64,000 nucleotides of DNA from positions 17,422,001-17,486,000 of the forward strand of contig NC_043007.1 of NCBI RefSeq assembly GCF_006345805.1, given 5' to 3'. Below are positions 11,310 through 25,123 of this stretch, piece after piece. Below the pieces are notes generated by a model. It was given only the letters and a program-made list of their open reading frames with translations, made no database searches and was not told where the DNA came from. Position numbers and translations under genes: made by a program. Source of the DNA: Octopus sinensis (lineage: Eukaryota). How positions within the stretch are numbered: position 1 is the stretch's first letter; each line of letters begins with the position of its first letter.

Positions 11310-13357
11310 AGATGAGTGTATCGACGATGGAAAAAAAATATCGATGTTAATTTATTGAAACATTTGAGCCAGTCTCTGTCTGTATAATCAGACAATTGCA
11401 AAAAATTGTTTAAAAATATTCAAAACTCTGCAAAAATCCGGTACAAGTTCTTCATGGTTCTAAACGTTGCTTACTTTTTACTCAATCTGATAGACCCCCC
11501 TAATCGAATTTAACAAGTAAATTAAACACTCAGTAATGATGTTTTAAATCCTGTACTTTGCTATGAGTTTCTACTTTGTCAGATGAATAAATTGTAATTT
11601 GTTTTTGACAACACAAACGTACTGTACTTTTAGAGAGGCAGAACTTCCTTTTATTGCGGAAATTAAATGTATCCACAAAAATTTATTACCGTCAGCTGCG
11701 GAAAGCAGTTTTATATAACAAACTATATTTTGTTGAGGAATGTTATGTTTGAAACAATTTTTTGTTGAGACTTGTCAAGTTTATTGAGACAACATGACTT
11801 GCAGAAAATACCAATTTTAATATTTTCGTTTTTTGGTAAATATTTAATATCGTTACTTGAACAACCACGAAATTTAATTTCAGAGCTAAAGGGTTGTGAC
11901 ATCCATTCTTTTCTCCAATTTTCGGCGTAAGTGCAATAACGGAAAGAAACAGCCTTAAGCGAGGATTGAAACCTGTTTGCAAAGGGTCTTGCAGAAAACC
12001 AACTTGCTATTGTTGTTTACCCCCAGGTCAACTATGATGAAGTAGACCTACAGGCCTTGATTATACCTGAGTATATTGATCAGTGTATCCTTCTTATTTT
12101 AAGATGGTAGGAGATGATTCGAGGGAATTTGGTTGCTGTTTATGGAGTATCGAGCGACAGAACATAGGATTGCCCTGTTGGTTCACAAAAGCTTACCTTA
12201 CCCTCTACGCTGTGAGGAAAATGCGGATCTGTATGTGGGGCGCAGCTAAGTCGTTCGTCTCTGCCCGTAATACCGTAATACTGTTGGGGTTACATAACAA
12301 CGACCACCACAACAAAAATATCAATATAAATATTTCTCATATTGTCACAAGACCACTCATATATTACAGACGGGCGCGATACAGCAGAGTGAATCGTCCT
12401 TAGTGCATAACTATATTTTATCGAACTTTGAGTGGGTTTATAAGGCAAATACAACCGCGGTGAAATTTGAAGCCACAACATATTTTGTAACCTAACATTG
12501 ACATGAAGCATTTAAAACTATCCCATGTATTCGACCACTCGATTAACCCACTTCCCAATTATTTCTGTTCATTATTAGATATGTCATTAAAAAGAAAAAA
12601 AAGATGTGTCTGTCATCAATTGAGATTTTTCGATATGAAGATTGTGAGCTGGTTGTTGTTCATTTATTTTATGGTAATATTAGCAAGATTTGAATTGTTG
12701 TAATGCAAAATTATCGAACACAATATAATAGGTATTGCCTGTTCTTCCTATACGATCGGTGAGTGAACGAACTGTCACTAGGTACCGTGGTACGTTAACG
12801 GTAAAGCGGAAACAGTGGCAGGTTCCAGTTCTTTGGAATCGCTTCGTTATTTACGATGTTAAAACATAAATATCACATCAACTCATTTTTCCATCTCTTC
12901 TTAGCATGGCCTAGTGCAGACAGAAGATGAAAATAACACTGAAAAAACCCAGCGTGATTATAAATAAGATAAATAAATAAAAACACAGTCTTGATATAAA
13001 CAAAACACGGCTGATGGATAATATAATGCATGCTTTGCTATTTTTACATGAAAAAAAATTGTGCAAAAAAGGTGTCATGTGTGTGCGTGTGCGCGCCTTA
13101 AGGCTAAGTGATGAACAATTTCACGTAAACACAGACCTCTTCTCATTTATATATATATATATATATAATACTAAGCAATAAGGGTTTAGCAACGAATTGC
13201 CTTACCACATACCGAATTTAGAAATAGCAGTCAAAGGGTTATAGCTATTTCTTCTACTAAAAAGGGAGATCTCATATATATATATATATCGTTGCTGAAA
13301 ATTATTAGCAATTTTTAAGATTATGTCAGCAAATATACACTGTGTTCACACGCATTA

Positions 13358-13390
13358 CAGATAGACAGATAGATAGACAGACAGACAGAC

Positions 13391-13425
<35 letters not shown>

Positions 13426-13428
13426 GAC

Positions 13429-13459
<31 letters not shown>

Positions 13460-13492
13460 TAGAGAGAGAGAGAGAGAGAGACTGAGACAGAC

Positions 13493-13531
<39 letters not shown>

Positions 13532-13544
13532 CAGATAGACAGAT

Positions 13545-13617
<73 letters not shown>

Positions 13618-13662
13618 CAGATAGAGAGAGAGAGACAGACAGATAGATAGATAGACAGACAA

Positions 13663-13704
<42 letters not shown>
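13358..13704. repeat. Compound (GATA)/(GACA)/(GA) microsatellite
   Basis: Directly visible; source of the YLSI ORFs. Confidence 0.97.
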
Positions 13705-13705
<1 letters not shown>

Positions 13706-14035
13706 CAATGTGTTCACGAGTTGAGAGAATTGTATGAAAGAAAGAAGAAAGCAAAACGAATAAAAGCAGCAGAATATATATATATTTCAGGTTCCCTTTC
13801 TTGCAGTTTCTAATAATACATAACTAACAACAGTGGTAATAATGATAAATAACAGGTCTATCGGCAGAAGGGTGGGTGCCAGAGGAGGGGTGGCAAATAC
13901 TCACGAGTGATGTTAACAGTACACTCGGGTTTATTTATCTATTTATTCAGTTCTTTTGTCTCTGAACCTTGAATCTATTTAGCCGACTTTCGCGATGTGT
14001 ACCTGTTGATAAACATCGGCTATGCTATAGCTCAG

Positions 14036-14111
14036 TATTATTTATCATTATTACTATTATTATTATTATTATTATTAGATAGAGAGAGAGAGAGGGCAGT
14101 GCATGCCATCA

Positions 14112-14188
<77 letters not shown>

Positions 14189-14189
14189 A

Positions 14190-14226
<37 letters not shown>

Positions 14227-14412
14227 GATAGAGAGAGAGAGAGGGCAGTGCATGCCATCAATTATTATTATTATTATTATTAATCATTATTATTATTATT
14301 ATTATTAGTAGTAGTAGTAGTAGTAGTAGTAGTAGCAGTAGTAGCAGCAGTAGTAGTAGTAGTAGTAGTAGTAGTTAGTAGTAGTGGTTAGTAGTGGTGG
14401 TAGTGGTGGTGA
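14036..14412. repeat. (ATT)n then (AGT)n/(GGT)n microsatellite with two short embedded inserts
   Basis: Directly visible. Confidence 0.95.
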
Positions 14413-15307
14413 TGGTATGTGAGAGGTGGGTGTGGCTTACATGTCTAGTTAACATATGTAGCAGTGTTGTGTTGGCGGCGGCGGCGGAGCTGGTACTAGC
14501 AGGACATTGTAATCTTTTTTCGACTACTGCCACACCAACACACATTACATTTTACCTCACTTGCTTCTCATCACAACATTTTGTATATCTATATTTATTT
14601 GTGTTCCTACAGAAGAAGAAGAAGAAGAAGAAGAAAGCGATAGATATATATCTACATATATGTGTGATTTCTATACATTTTTAAGTCGAAGACATTACCA
14701 TCTTCTATATTTTTGAGATCGCTGTTAAAGTAAGCGAAGCCTCGCCACAGACGAAACTCAAGCACGTAAATACACCAGAAAAAATATCAGTGGAAGCATT
14801 TTTTACATGAAAGAAGGGAAAATAGTCAACAAAGATAGCAGTCGATTTCTTCCCCTCCCCCCACAATTTTTTTTCAATCTTCCTTTTTTCTTAAAGCACG
14901 TGGATTGTCATACTAATTGGTTTGTGTGTATTCATTGATTTTACCCTCTACGTCACACCTGTTATTTATTTACCTTAATTCATTCTCGCATTTTATATCT
15001 CTAAATGGTGTGAGAGAAAATTGTTAATTAGAAGATAAAGAGAGAACATTATATTTATGGTTGTATTAATTGGTTTTTCGCTATTGAGTCAACAATCGGA
15101 GTTACAGGTGGATTACATGCACAGGATTTGATCTCCTTTCACCTGTTTTTGTTGTAATTAGCTGGGAAGACGACAGTAAAACACGCATTTTAACAAAAAA
15201 TATTTTCAGTCTTTTTTTGCCATTTCGAGTTCGCTGCTGACTTTTCTTTGTGCTGAAATCTAATAACCATTCAATGCATTGCTTAACTTGACCCTTCATA
15301 TTTTATA

Positions 15308-15895
15308 ATGTGGCATAAAATCTGGGATACGGCTGTAGGTTTCCACAAAAGATACATTAGGCCTGTTTGGAATCGCGCACCGTATTCGAAACTGAAAGAA
15401 ATCTGTGATGAAAGTGAAGTAGAGATGTCAACAACAGGCGTTTACTGTGCTAGTGTTACCGATACCTCTATCTCCAACGAACCCCCAAATGTTAACAGGA
15501 TTGAAAACAAAACACCTAATTCCTCTGTTTCCGCGATGTCCATGAGACAAGGGTTTGATGAACCTGATGCTGGCTTTCATCGTTCGGACTTTCCGATAGC
15601 ATATCCATCTTCCATCACCCCCACAAAGAATTCTACAATTACGGATATTAAAAATGCACTCTCTGCAAAGAGACCGTCTTACCATCATGTTCAAGAAGAA
15701 GCAGATAAAATCGAAGTGCTAGGTCAAGTCGGTTACCAAAGTGTAAACTTAGAATGTACAGCAACTTCCGAACATAAAGGAAGCTCCGACCATATCAAGC
15801 AATGCCAGACATCTCCAGATGTCGAAGTCCCAATCGAAGAAATTACTCCGTCTTCCGCCAAAATCGATAAGAAATTGAAGTCGCGTCGAAAAAGG
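15308..15895 (+). CDS. Probable first coding exon (196 codons) of an unidentified host gene; Ser/Thr/Pro/Glu-rich, likely disordered N-terminus ending in basic KKLKSRRKR
   Basis: Longest non-repeat ORF in the window; ATG with A at -3; balanced composition that switches abruptly to T-rich sequence at AGG|GTATTT (15896, phase 0); about 900 bp of TE-free sequence upstream. Confidence 0.75.
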
Positions 15896-16300
15896 GTATT
15901 TTTCTTTTATTTCTTTATACATTCATTATCAATTATTATTGCTGGCGTTTTACTTTTCTTCCTGAAGTTATTTAATCAAATAGCCCGGCATTTTTTTTAT
16001 AGATATTTATACCTATGAATTCCTATACACACACCATCTCGCGCGCGCGTATGTATGTATGTATGTATGTATGTGTGTGTTTTATATGCTATAAGCACCA
16101 ACCAGAGATAAAAAGCAGCAAATAACGGACCCAGTGAGATGCCTATTGCTTGCTTGGGTTCGAATTCCGTCAGTCAGCTATTTATCCGTTTTCTGTCTCA
16201 AATTGGCGCTTATTATGACTAATATCTTGGATAGAATAAAATCGATGTCGAACATTTTAGCTCTCACACACACATACATACATATATATATGTATATATA

Positions 16301-16432
16301 TGTGTTTATTTCTGTGTTCCTTTCTGTCGAAGAGCGTAGGCTCGAAACATAAAGATTCCCTCACTTCCCGAGCGTTAAACTAATACATCTGTTTACTGTT
16401 TACACACCCGTCTTTTATTTTTTTGTAAATTC

Positions 16433-16440
<8 letters not shown>
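16301..16440 (+). mobile_element. Short Penelope-like terminal fragment with hammerhead-like motif (family H2), between TA tracts
   Basis: CTTT CTGTCGA A GAGC-gtag-GCTC GAAA CATAAAG at 16320-16354; homologous to 36208-36420. Confidence 0.6.
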
Positions 16441-16482
<42 letters not shown>

Positions 16483-17871
16483 CGTTACTGGCTGCAGTCT
16501 AATGAAATCATATGATAAACTGTATAAATATTAATTCTCGATGGCAGATCCTTGAGTCCTTACTTTGATATTAGTTCGTCAGCTAACACCCACACACACA
16601 TGGTTCCATGAGGTGTTTGACAAGTGCTTTTCCAAGAAACTCTAGGCTATTGAGGCCTTTTATGTGATTTCACAGCTAATTAATCGCACACACCTACCTA
16701 TCTATTTACCGAGAGGGAGTTTTCTTTGCAAACCGCATGGGGGTGTACTTGTAAAAATTTACCAAATCCGTTTTGGAAAAGATAATTTTTATTTCCTTGT
16801 AAATCGCTATGACGCTCCCTTTTAATATTCGATACGCCTGGATAGTCTATTTGTGACCGTGTGCTATTATTATACGAAATCACTATTATGAATGCATTCA
16901 TTCCTCTGTTTACTCCACTTGTATCCTGTTTTCATTGCTTGCTCAGTTGTGTGTCTAGTATTGAAACTAGAGTGAGCGGTGAAGTACATATTTTCTTTCC
17001 CGGGAAGGAAGACTTTCCTCTCTCTCTGGTACTTATATGTGTGTGTGTGTGGTCACGCAACTTGTTGCAAAAACCCTTATTGTTATATGTATATATAATG
17101 TGAAAGTCAATGTTGTCTTCCGTCATCACAACCAAAGTTGTATTTTACTCTAAACAGTCATGTCTGTGAAGTTTGTAGTTCATATTTGACAATTTCCACC
17201 TCTGTCACTTTTCGCTGCATCTATTCGAAGCCTAATGATTATTGTGGGACCTTGAGTAATCTATGGTTGTCGGACTACAGTTGCTTTCTTTTTTTTTGTG
17301 TCTGTGGAGGTCTTATTCCTTACAGGCAGGAGAGGACGGGCAGTTGTCATAGACATTTTGTAGCCAGTCTCTACTGGGATTTACACGATCATCCTAAGAG
17401 AAGGGGCCATGTAAGTAGGCAATAATTTCTGTCAAGACTACGAGTTTTTTTAAGTTAAAATATTCAAGATGAACGCATTTAGCTGTGACATCCGACTGTC
17501 GACAATTTTAATTCCCCACCTACCCTGTTCATATTCATAAATTACCTACATACATACATATATATATATACAGTGCAAGAATTAAATTTGCTGAGGCCCT
17601 AAACTATATCAAGTCGGGTTGGTAACGAGAGGGTTAAGGTCCTCTAGCTATAAATTTTTCACCAGAAGATTTCAAAAATCAAAACCTATTCCTTTTAAAT
17701 TTTAAGGCCCTTCATACTAAGGAGCCCTAAAGTGAGGCTAACATTGTGTTTTACTGCTCCATAGATGTAAGAACAAACCAGCAAAGGCAACAATTATGCA
17801 GTGGATTTCACCAGCATAAATCTTGAGGTTATATGCCAGTCGTCATTTTTGCTATATATTTTACGGTACAT

Positions 17872-18250
17872 TGGCTGTGTGGTAAGTAGCTTGCTTACCA
17901 ATCACATGGTTCCGGGTTCAGTCCCACTGCGTGGCATCTTGGGCAAGTGTCTTCTACTATAGCCTCGGGCCGACCAAAGCCTTATGAGTGGATTTGGTAG
18001 ACGGAAACTGAAAGAAGCCTGTCGTATATATGTATGTGTGTGTATGTTTGTATGTCTGTGTTTGTCCCCCTAACATTGCTTGACAACCGATGCTGGTGTG
18101 TTTACGTCCCCGTAACTTAGCGGTTCGGCAAAAGAGACTGATAGAATAAGTCCTGGGGTCGATTTGCTCGACTAAAGGCGATGCTCCAGCATGGCCGGAG
18201 TCAAATGACTGAAACAAGTAAAAGAGAGAAAAGAGAGAGAGAGAGAAAGT
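17872..18250 (+). mobile_element. SINE A
   Basis: Colinear with 9754-10157, with a small internal deletion. Confidence 0.9.
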
Positions 18251-18625
18251 ATGAGAGTACTCAATGCATTAAGTAGAGTATGTATATTTATAATATAATC
18301 TTTTCAACTATAGGCATAAGGCCTATAATTAGGGGAGGGGACTAAGTGGCTACACGTGTGTGTATGTATATATAAAGTGGCTGACATTAATAAGGGCTCC
18401 CCGCTGTATAAAAACCATGCCAAAGCAGACCTCACCAGTGCTGGTGCCACATAAAAACCACCCAGTTCACTCTGCAAAGCAGTTGACAATTAGGAAGGGC
18501 AATTTTGGGGTCAATAAAATAAATACCAGTTGAGCACTGAGGTCGATGTAATTGACTCACCCCCCACCCCTGTAATTTCAGGCCTTGTGCCTATAGTAAA
18601 GATAATAACATAAAAGCAAACATTA

Positions 18626-18658
<33 letters not shown>

Positions 18659-18659
<1 letters not shown>

Positions 18660-18822
18660 GTGTAGGAGTGGCTGTGTGGTAAGTAGCTTGCTTACCAACC
18701 ACATGGTTCCAGGTTCAGTCCCACTGTGTGGCACCTTGGGCAAGTGTCTTCCACTATAGCCTCGGGCCGACCAAAGCTTTGTGAGTGGATTTGGTAGGCA
18801 GAAACTGAAAGAAGCCTGTCAC

Positions 18823-18862
<40 letters not shown>

Positions 18863-19070
18863 ATATGTTTGTGTGTCTGTGTCTGTCCTTCCCAACATCG
18901 CTTGACAACCGATGCTGGTGTGTTTACGTCCTCGTAACTTAGCAGTTCGGCAAAAGAGACCAATAGAATAAGTACTAGGCCTACAAAGAATAAGTCCTGG
19001 TGTCGATTTCCTCGACTAAAAGCAGTGCTCCAGCATGGCCACAGTCAAATGACTGAAACAAGTAAAAGAG
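18659..19070 (+). mobile_element. SINE A
   Basis: Colinear with 9754-10157. Confidence 0.9.
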
Positions 19071-19510
19071 TATATATAGGCTGTGGTTTTTCTCCCAGGT
19101 AGATGAAATTTTGCATACAGGTGTGTCTTTTGAAGGAAAAGGTCCATGCACTGTGTGACTTTTATGATATTTCCTAAAAAATTAATATTTTTATAGCAAT
19201 TTATCCAACAGATAGCAAATTCATGTGATTGTATTTATTTGGTATTAACAAACACGAACATGGCTGTGCATTTCTACTAATTAATATCAGTTGCATAGCT
19301 ATAAATTTATAATGTTAAAACTTTATTATTTTTCTCAGTACACACACACTCCATCAACAGGTTCCTCTCTTCCTAATTTGCCCAAAGGGATGGAAATAAA
19401 GTTATTCACTATTGCTTTATATCTTCATTTGACCTGCTACAAACAGCAACTAAATTTCTCTCAAATCTTTCCCTACCGTCTTAAGAAAGAAAGATTTACT
19501 GTCTGAAATA

Positions 19511-19899
19511 TAGGAGTGGCTGTGTGGTAAGTAGCTTACTTACAAACCACATGGTTCCGGGTTCAGTCCCACTGCGTGGCATCTTGGGCAAGTGTCTTCT
19601 ACTATAGCCTCGGGCCAACCAAAGCCTTGTGAGTGGATTTGGTAGATGGAAACTGAAAGAAGCCTGTCGTATATATGTATATATATGTGTGTGTGTCTGT
19701 GTTTGTCCCCCCAATATCGCTTGACAACCGATGCTGGTGTGTTTACATCCCCGTAACTTAGCGGTTTGGCAAAGAGACCGATAGAATAAGTACTGGGCTT
19801 ACAAAAGAATAAGTCCTGGGGTCGATTTCCTCGACTAAAGGCGGTGCTCCAGCATGGCCACAGTCAAATGACTGAAACAAGTAAAAGATTAAAAGAGTA
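19511..19899 (+). mobile_element. SINE A
   Basis: Colinear with 9754-10157. Confidence 0.9.
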
Positions 19900-20520
19900 A
19901 TATGTGTGTGTGTGTGTATGTGTGAGCGAGCACGTATATGCATACATACATGCACACATACACAGAGGTTATGTTTGTGATGCTTTTGATCATCGATTTG
20001 TTTATTTATAGTTGACATAGCAACAGCTTTGTCGTTAATCACTGCTGGGTTGATACAATAAGTACCAGTTGTGTATTGAGGGTGAATCAATTAACTACAC
20101 TCTTTTCTTACAAACATCTGGCTCTGTGTGCTAATGCAACACTAAATTTTGTAGTGGTACTTGCACCAGTGCTTTTCTTCCACCTTTGAGCACCTGAAAA
20201 AAGGTAAATACTAAGGGAGTCAACACTGACAGTAAAATTGAGAAGAGATTTTGGGACCCACCAATCCTATTCATCTTGAAGAAAATGTGAAGGTACAAAG
20301 AATGGCTAGTAGTGATTGTGTCTGAGACATCCCCTAACTCTCAGCAAGAAGGCTAAATATATTCTTTCATTCTGACTGAACCATTGGGACTCTAGTGTCC
20401 TGGTCATGAATTGTATACTGCCTGTGGCCAGAAATGAACCGCTCATCCCTCGGTTGTTCAGCATTCTCTCAACTTGGTCCTTTATGGAACCCAATCACAT
20501 ACAGAAAACTAACTCAACAA

Positions 20521-20681
20521 GTGCAGGAGTGGCTGTGTGGTAAGTAGCTTGCTTACCAACCACATGGTTCTGGGTTCAGTTCTACTGTGTGGCACCTTGG
20601 GCAAGTGTCTTCTACTATAGCCTCGGGCCGACCAAAGCCTTGTGAGTGGATTTGGTAGACAGAAACTGAAAGAAGCCCATC

Positions 20682-20720
<39 letters not shown>

Positions 20721-20937
20721 TGTGTACCTGTGTTTGTCCCCCTAACATCGCTTGGCAACCGATGGCAGTGTGCTTACGTTCCTGTAACTTAGCGTAATTT
20801 CGTAACTTAGCAGTTTGGCAAAAGAGACCGATAGAATAAGTACTAGGCTTACAAAGAATAAGTCCTGGGGTCGATTTGCTCGACTAAAGGTGGTGCTCCA
20901 GCATGGCCGCAGTCAAATGACTGAAACAAGTAAATGA
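20521..20937 (+). mobile_element. SINE A
   Basis: Colinear with 9754-10157. Confidence 0.9.
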
Positions 20938-21128
20938 GCCGGAAAATGTCTGAAGTTCATATCCTATCGATGGTATTACATTGTGTCCTGTCCTTCTCAC
21001 CCCCCACACACTCACACACAAACACACCTGATACCTGAATGATAAAGATCAAAACGCTGTGTGCAGAACTAAAAAACTGTGGAGGGTTAAGTGGGGGAGA
21101 TATAAATGTTACTTTTGTTTATTCCCAG

Positions 21129-21204
21129 CTCTGCAGGTTGAATGATCACACAGAGCTGAAGTGGGTTGGGTTAACCTTTTTTAACATCGGGGGGCAAATT
21201 ACAG
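21129..21204 (+). CDS. Candidate internal exon, 76 nt (LCRLNDHTELKWVGLTFFNIGGQIT)
   Basis: Acceptor ttacttttgtttattcccag, donor CAG|GTATGT; open in phase 0, compatible with the 15896 donor. No homology support. Confidence 0.3.
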
Positions 21205-21639
21205 GTATGTAGGCACCTGCTAGAGTGTGTCTGTCTGTGCTGGGAAAAATAATGAAACATTAATTTTGCAAATTCATAGATGTACAGCTTATATTAAATT
21301 ACTGCAGGAACCAACCATGCATGAGTTGATTAACATCTAAATGAAATAGTCACGAGAATTTACTGAATTTTTGGATAAATTACTTTTAAAGTTCTGTTCT
21401 TTAGAGAATTTTATAAAAAGTCATTATATAGTGCAGATCTATAGGAAAGGTATTCCCGCAATAACCATCCCAATTTTTTATTATTATTATTCAAACATAG
21501 TGTAATATAATGATTGTTAGCAAATATACATTTTATTAAAGTGCAACTGACTGTTTTTCTTGTCGGTTAGGTGAGGCTTTGTTGTTGGCTTATATACCTA
21601 CTATGGGGTGGGATCTTAATCATATTGACTGGAGATTAA

Positions 21640-21859
21640 CCCTTTAGTGTTTAAACCGGCCATATCTGGCTCAAATATTCTATATGTTTTATATTCAAAT
21701 TGGCCATATCTAGCCTTTCACACCTAACCTACAGTGACATTCTAAAAATAAACAATCATATCATTGAAACCTCAAAGCTATAACACAATGCATGATTAAT
21801 TCAAAACAATTTAAGTGAAAAAGTATTACATTTAATAGAGAAATTTGAACACCAAACGG
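21640..21859. mobile_element. piggyBac-type MITE
   Basis: TTAA on both sides, CCCTTTAGTGTT terminus; same family as 55909-56127. Confidence 0.75.
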
Positions 21860-22369
21860 TTAAATAAAGAAAATTACTGGTGCACTTAGCAAAGAAAGTT
21901 AATCCTTTTGATGCCGACTCATCTGAAATTCTCCTGGCTTCCAGTTCTGTGATACAAACTTCTCGTTTATAAAATGATCTAAATTAAAACTTTTCATCAG
22001 AATTTTATATTGATTTAAGTTCCAAACATTGACTTAATCATGATAAAATTTTATTAAATTCTTCATTATTTTCAAAATTAATTGAAATACTGTACTCTAA
22101 TTTTAAAAAATATGGTAACTAAAGGCTTAATAATTATAGAAAAATATAGAAAACTACTTGCTTACCATAGTTGTGTATGACAAAATTATGAGGAACATGT
22201 TATTCAAGATGCCCAAGCATGAATATAGCTTTTCCAAAGCCTTAAATTATATTTTCAAAAAATCTATGTTGCACCAGGGTGCAGAATGAGATGAGTGGGC
22301 GCAGCTATTTGGATGCTGATGATGTGGCCCAGCTGTTTTGACAACAGTACTTTTTGGTGCTGGAAGCAA

Positions 22370-22525
22370 ACCACTACACAGAGTGGTTGGCGTTAGGAAG
22401 GGCATCCAGCTGTAGAAACACTGCCAGATCAGATTGGGTCCTGGTGCAGCCTCTCGGCTTCCCAGACCCTGGTCGAACCGTCCAACCCATGCTAGCATGG
22501 AAAACGGATGTTAGATGATGATGAT
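22370..22525 (+). mobile_element. SINE C 3' fragment (RTE-type tail)
   Basis: GGCGTTAGGAAGGGCATCCAGCTGTAGAAA ... CATGCTAGCATGGAAAACGGA then (GAT)n. Confidence 0.8.
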
Positions 22526-22739
22526 ACTTATGCACGCACGCGCGCACTGATATAGAGAAAGACAGTGAGAAAAAAATAAAACAATGTACGTCATTGACTA
22601 ATATTGTTTTAATGACTTTGGCAATTGTAGGGTACCTTTCCCATCACTATTTATCATGTATACTTTGTTGATGAGGTAATTATAAGACTGTAACATGTCC
22701 CGATCTGTTTCCTGCACTTTGAAAGACGACCTGCTGTGC

Positions 22740-23156
22740 TTACCTTGGATTGTAGGGCAACCTGCTGTGCTTGAGGAGACCTAATGAATCAAGTACATCA
22801 ACATCAAAATAAAAATCAAATGGAAATTGTAGTTGTGATACCCATGCTGGTGGCACATAAAAAGCACAATCCGAACGTGGCCAATGCCAGCGCCGCCTTG
22901 ACTGGTTTCCATGCTGGTGGCATGTAAAAAGCACCAACCGATTGTGGCCGTTGCCAGCCTCCTCTGGCCCCTGTGCCGGTGGCACATAAAAAACACCCAC
23001 TCCACTCAAGGAGTGGTTGGCATTAGGAAGGGCATCCAGCTGTAGAAACACTGCCAGATCAGATTGGGGCCTGGTGCAGCCTCTTGGCTTCCCAGACCCA
23101 GGTCGAACCATCCAACCCATGCTAGCATGGAAAACGGACATTAAACATTGATAATG
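22740..23156 (+). mobile_element. SINE C with internal tandem subrepeats of about 60 bp
   Basis: Repeated GGTGGCAC(A/G)TAAAAAGCAC units followed by the C tail. Confidence 0.8.
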
Positions 23157-23216
23157 ATACTTACACACACACATACACATATAGAGAAAGACATTATACA
23201 CACAAACATATTAGAT

Positions 23217-23486
23217 CAGTGGGTCTCAACCATTTTTTACCTATGGACCCCCTTTAATTACTATTTTACTCTGGTGGATCCCCAAAGCCATTTGATGTTT
23301 AAGAACTACTTTCATAGACAATTCTTTCAAAATTCTGAATCAGTGATCGGAAACATGCTATGTAAAACATTAAAGAAAGAAAGCTGCCTGTTTTTTTTAC
23401 AATAAATACATCTGAAGTGAAATGTTTTAATGGACCCTTAAAATACTGCTGTGGATCACCAATTTACTATTGGTTGAGGACCACTG
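23217..23486. mobile_element. hAT (Charlie-like) MITE, degraded
   Basis: TIRs CAGTGGGTCTCAACC / GGTTGAGGACCACTG; TSD not recognisable. Confidence 0.65.
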
Positions 23487-23540
23487 TACACAGAGAGAGA
23501 TTCCAATTTATTAATTGAATGCAATTGACATAAGCACTCA

Positions 23541-24053
23541 CCGTAAATCCTCGAGTATAGTCCACCCTTGAGTATAATACGCAGGGGATTTTTAGGGGGC
23601 TGTACCTCTGAAAAACCTAAACCTTGTGTATAATACGCACCCCTTCTCTTACTTGAGTCAAGGAGGTCTATATAACATCCTTGGTTTGTAAAACTGTATA
23701 CGGTAACATCCTTTATTATTATTGTATATATAACATAATGCAAACGTGTAGCTTTTTTGTGCATTTTGTTTGCAGAAAATAAAGAAATAACAGTAATAAC
23801 GTTTAATAAATGTTGCTTATTGCAAGTCATGGATGATTCTTTTATGACTTCATTGCTTTCAGACTTAGCTTAAGGTATTTTCGCACCCGACATCACAAAA
23901 TGCGTCTGAATAAACATTGCCGGACAGCAAATAGAGACTCGGATATTGCTTAGGAAATAATTTTCATTTTTAACCTTGTATATAATACGCATTAGGGATT
24001 TTGACCTTTAAATTTTTTGGGGAAAAATGCGTATTATACTTGAGGATTTATGG
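23541..24053. mobile_element. Tc1/mariner-superfamily (Tc2-like) non-autonomous element
   Basis: TIRs CCGTAAATCCTCGAGTATA / TATACTTGAGGATTTATGG then TA; subterminal GTATAATACGCA repeats. Confidence 0.75.
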
Positions 24054-24707
24054 TACCCTCTCTTCATACAAAGAGAAATATGTTCACACACATAAACACA
24101 GAGAACAAGAGAAAGAATGAGAGAAGCATTAGAATGTCTGTCAAGTAAGTTAGCATGGAATCAGTGACTCCAAGTAACACCAAAACAGTTGGGTTCAAAA
24201 TGTCGTGTTCTTTCTCACGTTGCACCATTCCATTCAGCTGTAAAAGGGTAACCCTGCTATGGACTAGTCTCCCAATCAGGTGGGATGTTGGCCTGCTTGC
24301 CTAGCCAGCGGGGTGGCATTATTCGAAAACTAAAACAAGGCAAAGTGAACTGTGACCAGCGATGTATAACAACATCCAAAAGTCTGGTTGATACTGTAAT
24401 ATTGTGATTTATCCTGTTAGATCTATTTTACCAACCCTGTTAAGTTACAGGGATGTAAACAAACCAACACCAGTTGTCAAGTGATGGTTAGGGACAAACA
24501 ATGATACACACATACATATATTCATATGACAGCTTTCCTCACAGTTTCTGTCTACCATACTCTTTCACAAAGCATTGGTCAACCCAGGGTCTATCATAGA
24601 GGACACTTGGCCAAGAAGCTACGCAGTGCCAGCTGTCTGTAGTGGCAACATCAAATCCTCTCATTACATGAATCAAATGGAACAACATATGCCAATTTGA
24701 TATTCTT

Positions 24708-25123
24708 ATTTCTTTATTGCCCACAAGGGGCTAAACACAGAGGGGACAAACAAGGACAGACAAAGGGATTAAGTCGATTACATTGACCCTATTGCGTAAC
24801 TGGTACGTAATTTATCGACCCCGAAAGCATGAAAGGCAAAGTCGACCTCGGCGGAATTTGAACTCAGAACGTAACGCCAGACGATATACCTATTTCTTTA
24901 CTACCCACAAGGGGCTAAACACAGAGAGGACAAACAAGGACAGATAATTGGATTAAATCGATTATATCGACCCTAGTGCGTAACTGGTACTTATTTAATC
25001 GACCCCGAAAGGATGAAAGGCAAAGTCGACCTCGGCGTAATTTGAACTCAGAACGTAACGGCAGACGAAATACCACTAAGCATTTCGCCCGGCGTGCTAA
25101 CGATTCTGCCAGCTTGCCGCCTT
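24708..25123 (-). mobile_element. SINE B dimer
   Basis: 184-bp period; 12-bp TSD TTTGATATTCTT at 24696-24707 and 25124-25135; empty paralogous site at 26052-26063. Confidence 0.92.

Noticed and set aside
13321-13754. ORFs of 113-142 aa (YLSI repeats), and similar CV/YI/HT ORFs at about 26100-26500 and 30000-30480
   Set aside because: Translations of microsatellites.
15896-16018. Hydrophobic C-terminal tail of the 236-aa ORF as a transmembrane segment
   Set aside because: It follows a plausible GT donor and is T-rich; more likely intron read-through.
17326-17410. Exon-like segment (cttacag ... CAT|GTAAGT)
   Set aside because: In phase 0 from the 15896 donor it hits TAG after 8 codons. It could be an alternative or non-coding exon but is unsupported.
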